Assembly: GCA_963798845.1 (NCBI GenBank)
Contig: CAWCUS010000002.1
Span: 128,001-192,000, forward strand
DNA from: an uncultured Gemmatimonadales bacterium
Lineage (GTDB): Bacteria; Gemmatimonadota; Gemmatimonadetes; Longimicrobiales; RSA9
Reading direction: 5' to 3'
DNA length: 64,000 bases
Every line of letters starts with the position of its first letter. Positions within the stretch are counted from its first letter, which is position 1. Made by a program: the position numbers and the translations under genes. Positions 1 to 10,200 of this stretch are shown here, one piece after another. The notes below the pieces were generated by a model, which had not been told where the DNA came from, searched no databases, and saw nothing but the letters and a program-made list of their open reading frames with translations.

Positions 1-821
1 AGGCTGATGACCACGCCCACGAAGCCATAGGCGCGGCGCGGATTGTGGGCGGGCCGGAGCTCCAGCACCATCTGCTGCTCCTCTCCCAGCGACAGCGCCT
101 CCAGGTGCTTGCGGGACTTCAGGTCCCAGATGTGGAGCGAGTTGCCGTACTTCCCGCCCATGAGGAGATCACCGTTCACGCCGTCCTTCACCATGTTCGG
201 CGTCCCCCACTCGCTGGTGATCAGGGTGTCGTAGCCGAGGTGCCACCAGAAATCGTACGACAGCTGTTGCGGGCCCCGCTCCCTCTCCCATGCCCCCTTC
301 AGCTCGAACGTCTCGTGGTCGAGCATGAAGATCCCGCCGGGACCATTCCCGTCGGGCGCGCCCAGCGCGTTCATGTAGATGCCGTCGGGGCCGCAGTGCA
401 CCGTGTGAGGCGCGGCGTAGCCGGTCCGCCGCATGACCTCCTCAGGCTCGATCACCTTCACGAGCGTGGGGGAGCGGGGGTCCGGCTTCGTGTCCACGAC
501 GTGGATCCGGGAGCTGTTGGTTCCGGGCACCACCAGGTAGCGGCGCTCCATGTGGGGGTTGGCGGCATAGCCGCACAGGTGCGAGCTGCACGCGTTCCAG
601 CCGAAGTGGTGCAGCTCGTTGCCGGCGTCCGGGAAGTCCACGCGGCCGATCAGGGTGCCGTAGTCGCCCGACGCGGGGTCCGTGTCGATCACGCCGAGCG
701 CGTCGGTCTTGCCGTTGCCGGCGTCGGCGAGGAGCGCCACGTACGCGAGCTTCTCCGCCGGGGCTTCGCCCGCCAGCGCAGGCGAGGGGTAGAACGTCGG
801 GTCCGGAAGCATGCGAGCCAT
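1..821 (-). CDS. Selenium-binding protein SBP56 family (methanethiol oxidase-like); runs off the left edge of the window
   Basis: Not in the ORF track (no stop in window). Manual translation from ATG 821 (AGGAG upstream): MARMLPDPTFYPSP...NELHHFGWNACSS...PHTVHCGPDG...YDFWWH...TSEWGTP, motifs typical of SBP56/SELENBP1. Confidence 0.9.
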   Translation of the reverse strand, partial: MARMLPDPTFYPSPALAGEAPAEKLAYVALLADAGNGKTDALGVIDTDPASGDYGTLIGRVDFPDAGNELHHFGWNACSSHLCGYAANPHMERRYLVVPGTNSSRIHVVDTKPDPRSPTLVKVIEPEEVMRRTGYAAPHTVHCGPDGIYMNALGAPDGNGPGGIFMLDHETFELKGAWERERGPQQLSYDFWWHLGYDTLITSEWGTPNMVKDGVNGDLLMGGKYGNSLHIWDLKSRKHLEALSLGEEQQMVLELRPAHNPRRAYGFVGVVIS

Positions 822-1065
822 CTCTTCATCTCCTGTCGCGGGTCTTGTCGGTTCTCGGATGGGGATGCGCGGAAAGGCGGAGGGAGCGGACACGCGGGTG
901 CGGACTGGACGTCGCGGCCTCGCCGGAAGGGGGGGCGCTGCGGCGATCGGGAGGGCGGCGCTGCGGCGCCAGGAGGGCGGGTCCTGGCGGCGCTCGGAGG
1001 GGGCGCTCGCGGACTCGGCGAGGGGCCCGGCTGCGGCGCGCGGCGCGTGGAGGTGTGCGGCGGAT

Positions 1066-3789
1066 CTACAGCGTGGCGCGATCCACGGCGGCGAGGTCGG
1101 ATAGGGCGGCCTGGACCCGGGCGTCCTGCTCGGGGGTGCGGCTGGCGCGGAAGATGACGAGGGCGGCGGTCAGCTCGGAACGGGCCTCGTCGTAGCGGTG
1201 CTCGTCGAGCAGCAGGGAGCCGAGAGCCGCTCGCATCATGGCCACGTTGCGGGTCCGGGGTCCGTTGGCGCGGCTTCGGATCTCGATTCCGCGCCGGAGG
1301 TCCGCCTCGGCATCCGCCGTGCGCCCGCCGAGCCGGCGGACGCGCGCGCGGTCCACCAGGAGGTCACCGTACATCTGGTGGTCTTCGCCCCAGTCCCGCC
1401 GTGCGAGGACGAGCGCCTCTTCGACGGCGGCATCGGCCTCCTCGAGGCGGCCCAGGAGCGCCAGCTCGCGCGAGATGGTCCCGAGCAGCGGGGCGAGGTT
1501 GGCGAAGTCGTGGCCGTAGGTGCGACGGAGGATGCCCATCTCTTCCCGGAACATCGCGACGGCCCGGGCATGGTCGCCGCGGGCGGAGAGAACTTCGGCC
1601 AGGTCCCCGAGGGTGTAGGCGTAGCTCGGGTGCCCCGCTCCCACGGTGCGGCGGCGGATGTCGACCACGCGCGCGAGGAGCGAATCCGCTTCGTCCAGCC
1701 GGCCGAGATCGGTGTTCAGATAGGCAAGGTGATTCATGGGGACGGCGGTGAACGGGTGCTCGGGCCCGTACCGTCGCTCGGCGATGGCGATCGCCCGGCG
1801 GAGGTGCCCTTCCGCTTCGTCGTATTCGCCGAGGCGCCGGATCACCGCTGCCAGATGGACCAGGCTCGTGATGACCAGCGAATCATCGGGCTGGGGCGCG
1901 TTCTCCTGGATCGCCAGCGCGCGGCGAGCCAGCGTATCGGCGGCGGCGAGGTCACCCCGGTAGATGGTCAGGCCGGACAGCTGCACCAGGGCCGCGGCCA
2001 CTTCCGGGTCGTCGCTGCCCAACACCTCCTCTTCGATCCGCAGCGCCTCGCGGGCGAGGGCTTCCGCCTCGGGGTAGCGTCCCTGCCGCCGGGCGACATC
2101 GGCCAGGAACGCGCGCGTGCGCGCCACTTCGATGTCGTCCTCGCCGAGCCGGGCGCGCCGGACCGCCAGCGCCCGCTCCGCCAGCGCCCGGGCGTCCGCC
2201 GGCTTGCCGATGCTCAGGTACACGCGGGCGACGGCGTCCATCACCCTGGCCTGCACGAGCGGCTGATCGGACAGGCGCTCGATCCGCGCCGCGCCCCGCC
2301 GGAGCAGGTCGCGCGCAGTGACATCCGTTTCCGCGGATTCCGCGGGATCGCTGGCTTCGAACAGGCCCACCAGGAAGCCGGTGACCGCCTCCGACTCGCT
2401 CAGCGCGGCTTCGGCGTGGACCCTGGCGGCATCCGCCCGGTCGCGCTCGGCGCGGGCAATGGATGCTTGCCAGAGCGCGGTGCCCGCGCCGGTGACGAGG
2501 GAGACGACCGCGGTGGCGGTGATGATGACGGCCGCCCGGTGCCGTCGCATGAACTTGCCGACGTAGTAGCGTCGGCTGCCGCGGTGGGCGAGGACGGGGA
2601 GCCCTTCGAGGTGGCGGTGGATGTCCTCCATGAGGAGGTCCGCGGACCCGTAGCGGCGATCGGACTCGGCGCGCAGCGCCATGAGGATGATGGCATCCAG
2701 GTCGCCGCGGAGCGTTCGACAGAGGTGCTCGGGGGTGGAAGCGCGGGCTGCGGCCACGGCGGAGGAGCCGGCCGCCACGGCGGCGCTGGGGCGCGCCACG
2801 CGTCGCTCGCCCGGGTAGTTGAGGAAGCCCGGATCGCTGCCGCCCGTGGACGGCTCCGCATCGCCGGGCCGGCAGCCGGCCAGGAGCTCGTACAGGATGA
2901 CGCCGAGCGCATAGACGTCGCTCGCGGTGGAAAGCGATTCGCCGCGCAGCTGCTCGGGGCTGGCGTATTCCGGGGTCAGCACGCGCACCCCCGTGCGCGT
3001 GACGGGCATGGCCATGGCGCTCAGGCCGGGATTGAGGAGCTTGGCGATGCCGAAGTCGAGCAGCTTCACGCCGCCGGCCTGGGTCACCAGGATGTTGCCC
3101 GGCTTCAGGTCGCGGTGCAGGACGAGGTTGCGGTGGGCATGGTGGACCGCGGCGCAGACGTCCTGGAAGAGCCGGAGCCGTGGCTCGATCCCGAGCCGCC
3201 GACGGTCGCAGTACTCGGTGAGGGGAATGCCGTCGACGTACTCCATCACCAGGTACGGGAGCTGTCCATCGGCGACGCCGGCGTCGAGCAGCCGGGCGAT
3301 GTTCGGGTGGTCCAGGGAAGCCAGGATCTGGCGCTCGGCCCGGAAGCGGTCGCGGAGCTCGTCGCCCTCCGCCGCGCCGCGCAAGAGCTTGATCGCCACC
3401 CGGCGACGGAACTGCCCGTCATCCCGCTCCGCCAGGTACACCACGCCCATCCCGCCCCGCCCCAGCTCCCGCAGGAGACGGTACGGGCCCACGTGGCGAG
3501 CCTCCGCCGGAGAGTCGGGGGAGCGGGCAGCCGAGGGGCGGCCGGGGCGGTGGTCGGCGCCGGGGCCCGGCCCGCTCGCCACCGACGCTTCGGCGGCCAT
3601 GTCCACGTCGAGGATCCCCCCGGCCATCTCGTGGGCCCGGAGCAGCTCCTCCACTTCGGCCCGCAGCTCCGGGTCGTCTGCGCAGCGGGCGTCGAGCCAG
3701 GCCGATCGCTCGGGCGGGTGCCGGTCGAGCGCGTCCGCGAACAGCTCGTCGGCGAGGTCGCGGCGCGCCGGATCGTCGAGCGGGCTCAC
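1066..3789 (-). CDS. Ser/Thr protein kinase with one TM helix and C-terminal TPR repeats
   Basis: LGRGGMGVVY, VAIK, HRDLKPGN, DFGIAK, TPEYASPE, SDVYALG motifs; TM segment; kinesin-light-chain-like TPRs. GTG start at 3789 overlaps the sigma-factor stop (GTGA). Confidence 0.93.
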   Translation of the reverse strand: MSPLDDPARRDLADELFADALDRHPPERSAWLDARCADDPELRAEVEELLRAHEMAGGILDVDMAAEASVASGPGPGADHRPGRPSAARSPDSPAEARHVGPYRLLRELGRGGMGVVYLAERDDGQFRRRVAIKLLRGAAEGDELRDRFRAERQILASLDHPNIARLLDAGVADGQLPYLVMEYVDGIPLTEYCDRRRLGIEPRLRLFQDVCAAVHHAHRNLVLHRDLKPGNILVTQAGGVKLLDFGIAKLLNPGLSAMAMPVTRTGVRVLTPEYASPEQLRGESLSTASDVYALGVILYELLAGCRPGDAEPSTGGSDPGFLNYPGERRVARPSAAVAAGSSAVAAARASTPEHLCRTLRGDLDAIILMALRAESDRRYGSADLLMEDIHRHLEGLPVLAHRGSRRYYVGKFMRRHRAAVIITATAVVSLVTGAGTALWQASIARAERDRADAARVHAEAALSESEAVTGFLVGLFEASDPAESAETDVTARDLLRRGAARIERLSDQPLVQARVMDAVARVYLSIGKPADARALAERALAVRRARLGEDDIEVARTRAFLADVARRQGRYPEAEALAREALRIEEEVLGSDDPEVAAALVQLSGLTIYRGDLAAADTLARRALAIQENAPQPDDSLVITSLVHLAAVIRRLGEYDEAEGHLRRAIAIAERRYGPEHPFTAVPMNHLAYLNTDLGRLDEADSLLARVVDIRRRTVGAGHPSYAYTLGDLAEVLSARGDHARAVAMFREEMGILRRTYGHDFANLAPLLGTISRELALLGRLEEADAAVEEALVLARRDWGEDHQMYGDLLVDRARVRRLGGRTADAEADLRRGIEIRSRANGPRTRNVAMMRAALGSLLLDEHRYDEARSELTAALVIFRASRTPEQDARVQAALSDLAAVDRATL

Positions 3790-4406
3790 GGCAGGGTCGT
3801 CGCCGCGGGGACGTCCTCCGCGTCCGTGCCGCCGTCCATATAGAGCGCGCGGTAGAGACGGGCGCGGGCCTTGACCCAGTCGCGGCGCACGGTGCGGTCG
3901 GAGAGGCCGAGCGCGCGGGCTACCTCCGTCTCCTCCAGCCCGGCGAAGAAGCGCATCTCGACAACCTGGCGCTGGCGTTCGTCGAGCTGCGCGAGGGCGC
4001 TGTCCAGGGCGAGCAGCTGGTCCGGGTCGACCTCGAGAGCGCCAGCGCCGGTGGACAGCGTGGTGCGCGCCCACCCGCCGCCCCGCTTCGACGCCGACCG
4101 GCGTCGAGCCTGGTCGACCAGCACCTGGCGCATGGCGCGCGCCGCGATGGCCAGGAAGTGGGCCCGGTCCTCCACCGGCAGCGACCCGCCGCTGGCGAGT
4201 TTCAGGTACGCTTCGTGGACCAGCGAGGTGGCGTGCAGCGTCCGCGGCGCGGCCTCACGGCGCAGCTCCCGCTTCGCCAGTCGGCGCAGGTCGTCGTACA
4301 CCAGCGGGATCACGCGGTCGAGAGCGGCGGCGTCGCCGGCGCGGGCCGCCTGGAGCAGCCGCGTAACATTGCCGGGGGATGCCGGCGCCGTTCCACCCAT
4401 GCGCAT
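3786..4406 (-). CDS. ECF RNA polymerase sigma factor (kinase-associated, TIGR02999-like)
   Basis: VTRLL..ARAGD..ALDR..PLVYDDLRRLA; TLHATSLVHEAYLKL; AARAMRQVLVD.ARRR...KRGGG; region 4 VEMRFFAGL...TVRRDW..ARA. AGGAG upstream. Confidence 0.92.
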   Translation of the reverse strand: MRMGGTAPASPGNVTRLLQAARAGDAAALDRVIPLVYDDLRRLAKRELRREAAPRTLHATSLVHEAYLKLASGGSLPVEDRAHFLAIAARAMRQVLVDQARRRSASKRGGGWARTTLSTGAGALEVDPDQLLALDSALAQLDERQRQVVEMRFFAGLEETEVARALGLSDRTVRRDWVKARARLYRALYMDGGTDAEDVPAATTLP

Positions 4407-4543
4407 GCGAGGCTCCTGGCCCGGCGGCCGTCGTGGCCGGGCCGGAAGCGGAGAATGGGGCCTGGGTTGCGCGATGAGAGCCCAAGATGCCCGCTCCGGC
4501 GCGGCCGAAGCAAGGGCGATGATGCGGTCCCGACGACTGCCTT

Positions 4544-5053
4544 CTAGCGGTCTTCCGCCGCTCGCTTTCGCGCCGCCGACAGGTAGCCGGGCTCCAGGTC
4601 AAGAAGGTTGGCGATCTTCCGCAGCATGTAAGCCTCGTGCCGCGCGATCTCGCCGTCCGCCAGGATCAGCCCCCACATGATCTCCGCCAGCAACGTCTTC
4701 TGGCCCAGGTCGTAGCTGGAGCGGATCAGGTTCGTGAACTGGAACAGGTCGATGGCGGACTGGCGCTCCTCCTCCGCCAGCTCCAGCAACTCCTGCGCGG
4801 TCCCCTCGTCCAGGTCGAAATGCCGGCGCAGCACCGCCTCGATGTGCATCCGCTCGATGCCGCTGAACTCGTCGTCCGCGTGCGCGAGCTCCAGGAGAAG
4901 CGCGCACGCGGCCACGTGCAGACGCTTCCGCTCCTCCTCCGACGCCGGGCTACGCCCGCGCACGTCTCCCGGCTTCGACTCCCTGCCGCCCCCGTTGCCG
5001 CGGGGCTGGACGTGCATGCGTCGCTCGAAGAACGATCGGATCGACTCTCTCAT
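4544..5053 (-). CDS. TerB family (tellurite resistance) protein
   Basis: AACALLLELAHADDEFS..E, DLFQFT.LI, WGLILADGEI..HE...LRKIANLL. Probable start ATG 5053; the longer ORF-track version reads through the repeat array. Confidence 0.85.
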   Translation of the reverse strand: MRESIRSFFERRMHVQPRGNGGGRESKPGDVRGRSPASEEERKRLHVAACALLLELAHADDEFSGIERMHIEAVLRRHFDLDEGTAQELLELAEEERQSAIDLFQFTNLIRSSYDLGQKTLLAEIMWGLILADGEIARHEAYMLRKIANLLDLEPGYLSAARKRAAEDR

Positions 5054-5120
5054 CCGGCCATGATGAGGACGCCGCACCCGCGCGGCAAGCCGGGGCGGCG
5101 CACTTGCGCGGCGGCGGCGA

Positions 5121-5590
5121 AGGTGCGGACAACCCCCGACGGGCGGGCCGCGCGGTGGCGGGACGTGGCGTTTGCCCGCCACAGGCCGGACAACCCCCGA
5201 CGGCCGGGCCGCGCCGGGGCCGGACGTGGCGTTTGCCAGTCCCAGGCCGGACAACAGGTGCGGACAACCCCCGACGGGCGGGCCGCGCCGGGGCCGGACG
5301 TGGCGTTTGCCCGCCACAGGCCGGACAACCCCCGACGGGCGGTCCGCGCGGGGCGGGACGTGGCGTTTGCCCGCCACAGGCCGGACAACAGGCCGGACAA
5401 CCCCTGACGGCCGGGCCGCGCGGGGGCCGGACGTGGCGTTTGCCAGTCCCAGGCCGGACAACAGGTGCGGACAACCCCCGACGGGCGGGCCGCGCGGGGG
5501 CGGGACGTGGCGTTTGCCCGCCACAGGCCGGACAACCCCCGACGGCCGGGCCGCGCCGGGGCCGGACGTGGCGTTTGCCAGTCCCAGGCC
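5121..5590. repeat. Intergenic tandem array of seven ~60-62 bp GC-rich units with three extra 12-bp AGGCCGGACAAC inserts
   Basis: Unit consensus AGG(T/C)..GGACAACCCCCGACGG.CGGGCCGCGC.GGGG(C/G)..GGACGTGGCGTTTGCC(CGCCAC|AGTCCC); seen directly. Confidence 0.95.
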
Positions 5591-5615
5591 GCCAGTCGCC
5601 GCCGGCCGCCGGCGG

Positions 5616-7211
5616 CTAGGATCGAGCGGTGACGGTGGGCTGCGGGGTCGGCACGGCCGGGAGCGTGAAGTAGAAGAGGCTTCCCCCTCCCGGCGCCGCC
5701 TCCATGCCGACCTGGCCGCCCAGTTTTTCGACGATCTGGAGGACGATGGAGAGGCCCAGGCCGTGCCCGGCCCCGCGGCGCGAGTCTTTGCCGAACTGGC
5801 TGAAGGGGATGAAGAGGCGCGGACGGAGGTCGTCGGGAACGCCGGGGCCGTGATCCCTGACCCAGAAGCGGACGGCGCCGTCCGGAGCCGGATCGGCGCC
5901 GATCTCGATTTCGGGGGGGTGGCCGCCGTAGCGAAGGGCGTTGCTGAGGTAGTTCGCCCAGACCTCCTCGATCCACGGCGCGTAGCCGAGCGCCAGCGGC
6001 CACACGTCGGGTTGGGAGATGCGGGCCCCGCTGGCAGCGATCATCTCGCAGAGCCCGTCGCGCGCGTGGGCGACGATGCCTGCCATGTCCAGCACCTCCG
6101 CGGGGGCCTGGGCCCTGCGTACCTGGGCCAGGGACAGGAGCCCCTCGATGATCCGGTTCATCTTCTCCGCGGTGATCGTGATCCGATCGAGGAGAGTCTC
6201 CGTCCTTCCCGGCGGCAGCGCCGAGGTCTCCGTGACCATGCGGGCGTTGGTGAGGATGATCGCGAGAGGGTTCTTCAGGTCGTGGGCCACGGTATGCGCG
6301 TAGGCGTCCAGCTCCTGGTTCCGCTGCTGGAGCTCGACCGCGCGTTCTCGCAGCTGCTGCTCGGAGCGAAACAGCTCCTGGTTGCGGCGCTCGAGCGTGG
6401 CGGCGTAGTCGCGCAGCTGCTCCTGCGAACTGCGCAGGTCGCGCAGCAGAATGCCCTGCGGCCGGACGAGCCCGGTCTCGATGACGGCCTTGTACAGGAC
6501 GTAGAACGCCAGCAGGCGCAGGAAGTGTCCGACGAGGTTCGTCCTGCCATAGACGCTGAAGTAGAAGCTGAACGTCAGCTCCGAGGCCGCCGTGAGCACC
6601 AGGGAGGTGGTCAGAAGCCGCAACACCGTCGCGTCGAAGGCGCCGCGCTTCCACCAGAGCAGCGCTGTCGCGCCGAGGAGGACGAGCGAGGTGGCATACT
6701 CGCTCATTCGCTTGAACGTCGTCAGCCCCGCCCCCTCCACGTACGCGGTCGGGAAGATCCTCCAGTCGAAGATGGAGAGGAGCAGGACGGCGGTGAGGAT
6801 CGCGAATCCTCCGGCAACGGCGGCGATCCGGATTCGGCGGCCGAGGAAGAAGGGAGCGGTGGCGAGGGCGATGGCCTGGATCCACCGGCCGGCGAGCCAG
6901 AGCTGTGTGGCCAGGTCGGCGCCGTCGCCGGCGAACACGCCCATGCCGTCGTAGGCGAGGGCGTGGAGGAGGTCCACCAGCGCCACGAAGATGGACGACA
7001 CGCCGACTACGAGGAGGTAGTTGTTCTGGAGGTTGTGGCGCGCGTTCCAGGCGATGACGAACACGCCACTCGCCACCACGACCGTGAACATCTCGGTCAG
7101 GGTGTGGAACAGCAGATAGCTGTCGCGGCTGGTGAGGAACAGCCCGAACAGGAGCAGCGTGCCGCCGGTGAGGCGGACGGCGGTTCGCCTGGTGCGCGTC
7201 ATATCCGCCAT
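5616..7211 (-). CDS. Sensor histidine kinase with MASE3 membrane domain
   Basis: N-terminal SYLLFHTLTEMF..VVA..VFVIAWN (MASE3-like); HisKA AHDLKNPL; HATPase NYLSNALRYG, DHGPG, GHGLGL. Confidence 0.9.
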   Translation of the reverse strand: MADMTRTRRTAVRLTGGTLLLFGLFLTSRDSYLLFHTLTEMFTVVVASGVFVIAWNARHNLQNNYLLVVGVSSIFVALVDLLHALAYDGMGVFAGDGADLATQLWLAGRWIQAIALATAPFFLGRRIRIAAVAGGFAILTAVLLLSIFDWRIFPTAYVEGAGLTTFKRMSEYATSLVLLGATALLWWKRGAFDATVLRLLTTSLVLTAASELTFSFYFSVYGRTNLVGHFLRLLAFYVLYKAVIETGLVRPQGILLRDLRSSQEQLRDYAATLERRNQELFRSEQQLRERAVELQQRNQELDAYAHTVAHDLKNPLAIILTNARMVTETSALPPGRTETLLDRITITAEKMNRIIEGLLSLAQVRRAQAPAEVLDMAGIVAHARDGLCEMIAASGARISQPDVWPLALGYAPWIEEVWANYLSNALRYGGHPPEIEIGADPAPDGAVRFWVRDHGPGVPDDLRPRLFIPFSQFGKDSRRGAGHGLGLSIVLQIVEKLGGQVGMEAAPGGGSLFYFTLPAVPTPQPTVTARS

Positions 7212-7224
7212 CGCGGGCAGTCGT

Positions 7225-10200
7225 TCAGGTGACGGGTTTCGACGCGGTCGTCACCACGTAGGGGATCCCGAGGCGGTCCGCCATCGTGTTGATCTCTGCC
7301 AGGTCCGTGGCCAGGAGCGAATCCAGCTCATCCAGGTAGCCCTGCAGCTCCTCCTCCTGCGCGGCCCAGACCTCCCGCATGCCCTGCGTGGGCGCGCCAT
7401 CGCCTTCTGCCGCCCACATGTAAAGCGGCGTCAGGCGCGAGTAGAAGCGGCTTCCCTTCGCCAGGATGTCGTACGTGACTTCGGCCTCCGGGCTGTACAT
7501 CCGGCGCGCCAGCGAGTCCAGCTTCGCCACCAGAGACTCGGATCTCGCCCGCAGCTCAGCGGCATCCGGACGGTCGGCCAGCGCCGAGTCCCGGGCCACC
7601 AGCTGCCCGCGCACGCTCCGCAGCCGGGCGACGCCATCCGCCAGGCGGTTGAGCGCGCTCCGCAGCTCCAGGGCGAACGCCAGCTGGGCGGCACGGTCTT
7701 CGTCCGGGACGCGCAGACGAGGATCAGGGACGACCACGAGCGGCGCAGTGGCCGTGTCGCCGTCGGCGGAGAGGCGGAGAGTGTAGCGGCCGGAGGGCGC
7801 CGACGGCGCGTCCGCCGGATCCCCGGTGTCGATCATGGCGCCCGGGATCCGCTTCGCTCCCTCGAGTCGGAGGTCCCAGACCGCTCGCTGGACCTCGGCC
7901 GAGTCCGCCGAAAGCTCCGGCTCCGGCTGCTTCTCGTACTCGGAGTAGTGGTCCAGCGGCTTCGCGACACTGCTCAGCGTGCGGATCACCGCGCCCGCCG
8001 AGTCGAGGACCTCCAGCTTCAGCTCGCCTGCCGGCTTCGCCCTCAGCCAGTAGTTGACGATGGCGCCGGCGGGCGGGTTCGCACCCGTGGGCCCGTCCGC
8101 CCAGGTGTAGCGGTAGCGCCAGGCGGTGGTGGTGACGGGCGGGAAGAGGGCGAGTGGCTTCGCGGCGATGGCGTCTCCCCACTGCCGGAGCGGGGTCAGG
8201 TCATCCAGGATCCAGACGCCGCGGCCGTGGGTCCCGAGCACGAGGTCGTTGTCCTTCACGGCCAGGTCGTGCACGGCCACCGTGGGGAGATTGAGGTCGA
8301 GCCCCACCCACGTCTCGCCATCATCCGGCGACATCGCCACCCCGTGCTCCGTCCCCACGTACAGCTGCCCGGGCTTCTCCGGGTCCGCGCGCACGGCGTG
8401 CAGGTACGTGTGGCGCGGGAGGCCCGCGTCCATCCGCTGCCACGACTTCCCGTAATCGGTGGTGCGGAAGAGATAGGGGGTCATGTCGTCCAGCCTGTGG
8501 GCGTCCACCACCACGTACGCCGTGGCCGCATCGAACGGGGACGGCTCGATCATGTCGATGGTGCCCCATTCGGGGATCCCCTTCATCCCTTTCGTGACAT
8601 CCGTCCAGTGCTGCCCGCCATCGCGCGTGACGTGGACCAGGCCGTCGTCGCTTCCCACCCAGATCAGCCCCTGCTCCATCGGCGATTCCGCGATGGCGAA
8701 GATGGTGGAGTAGTACTCGACGCCCGTGTTGTCGCCGGTGATCGGGCCGCCCGTCCAGCGCTGCTTCGTCGTGTCGTTGCGCGTGAGGTCGGGGCTGATC
8801 CGCGTCCACGTCTGTCCGCCGTCGGCACTCCGGAATAGCACCTGGGCGCCATGATAGATGACGCCGGGCTCGTTCGGGGAGGCCGCGATCGGGGCGGTCC
8901 ACTGGAAGCGGTAGTCGGCATCGACGTCTCCGTGGCCGCTCGGGTTCTCCGGGTACGCGCTCACGTTCCGCGATTCCCCCGTGCGCTCGTCGTGGCGGGT
9001 GATGATCCCCAGGTACTCGCCCGCGTAGACGACGTCCGGGTCCTGCGGATCCGAGACCACGAAGCCGGCTTCGCCGCCGCCCACGTCCCGCCAGTCCGCG
9101 TCCGTGATCCCGCCGGCGCGCAGCGTGTTGTTCGGCGCCTGCGCCGTGCCCAGGTCCTGCATGGCCCCCTGCACCCGGTAGGGGTTCCGGCTGTCCGTGG
9201 CGATGTGGTAGAACTGGCCGAGCGGGAGCGGCGGGCTCATCCACGTCTCGCCGCCGTCGGTGGAGATGGCCACGCCCCCGTCGTGCCCGTCGATCATCCG
9301 CTTCGCGTTCTCCGGGTCGATCCAGACGTCGTGGTGGTCGCCGTGGGGCGCGTCGACGATCTCCACGGTCTTGCCTCCGTCGATGGTGCGGACCAGCGGC
9401 ACCTGGGGGAACCAGACGCGGTCCGGGTTGGTCGGGTCGATGGTGAGGGTGGCGTAGTACCAGGCGCGCTGCGTGAGCATGTGGGAGTCGTTGACCCGGT
9501 CCCACGTGTCGCCGCCGTCGTCGGAGCGGAACAGACCGCCATCATCGGCCTCGATGATGGCGTAGACCCGGTTCCCGTCCGACGGCGCCACCGCCACGCC
9601 CACCTTCCCCCAGGTCCCGCCGGGCAGGCCGTGCCCGGTGAGCTGTGTCCAGCTGTCGCCGCCGTCGCGGGACACGTACAGCCCGCTTCCCGGCCCGCCG
9701 CTGGTCATGGACCACGGCGTGCGCCGCATCTGCCACAAGCCGGCGAAGACGACATTGGGGTTGGAAGGGTCCAGCGCGACCGCCGAAGCCCCCGTGCTCG
9801 CATCCTTCTTCAGCACCTGCACCCAGCTCGTGCCGCCGTCCGTGGTGCGGTAGACGCCGCGCTCGGGATTGGGGCCGAACGCGTGGCCGAGCACCGCCGC
9901 AAAGGCGACGCGGGCGTCCCTCGGGTCCACGGCGACCTGCCCGATCTGCCCCTCCTGCTTCCACACGTGCTCCCAGGTCCTGCCCGCGTCCAGGGAGCGA
10001 TAGATGCCGTCGCCAGGCGCCGTGTTCCCGCGCACGTTCGCCTCGCCCGCCCCGACGTAGACCACGTTCGGATCCGACGGTGCCACGGCGATGGCGCCGA
10101 TCGAGGACGTGGGCTGGTCATCGAAGATCGGCTTCCACTCGTGGCCGCCGTCCACGCTCTTCCACACGCCGCCCGACGAGGCGGCGATGTAGTAGGTGAA

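Noticed and set aside
1198..3843. Long antisense/shadow ORFs (e.g. 1198..3843, 33469..35712, 47088..49340, 50589..53510, 55112..57700)
   Set aside because: They lie opposite or overlap well-supported genes and have Arg/Pro/Gly-rich or antisense composition, as expected at this GC content.
5121..5590. CRISPR array
   Set aside because: Units repeat over their whole length with no unique spacers, and there are no cas genes in the window.
4950..5619. Repeat-protein ORFs through the array (N-terminus of 4544..5524, 5104..5619, 5172..7232)
   Set aside because: Unit lengths of ~60-62 bp shift the frame, the same peptides recur in several frames, and the ORFs stay open only because the DNA is GC-rich.
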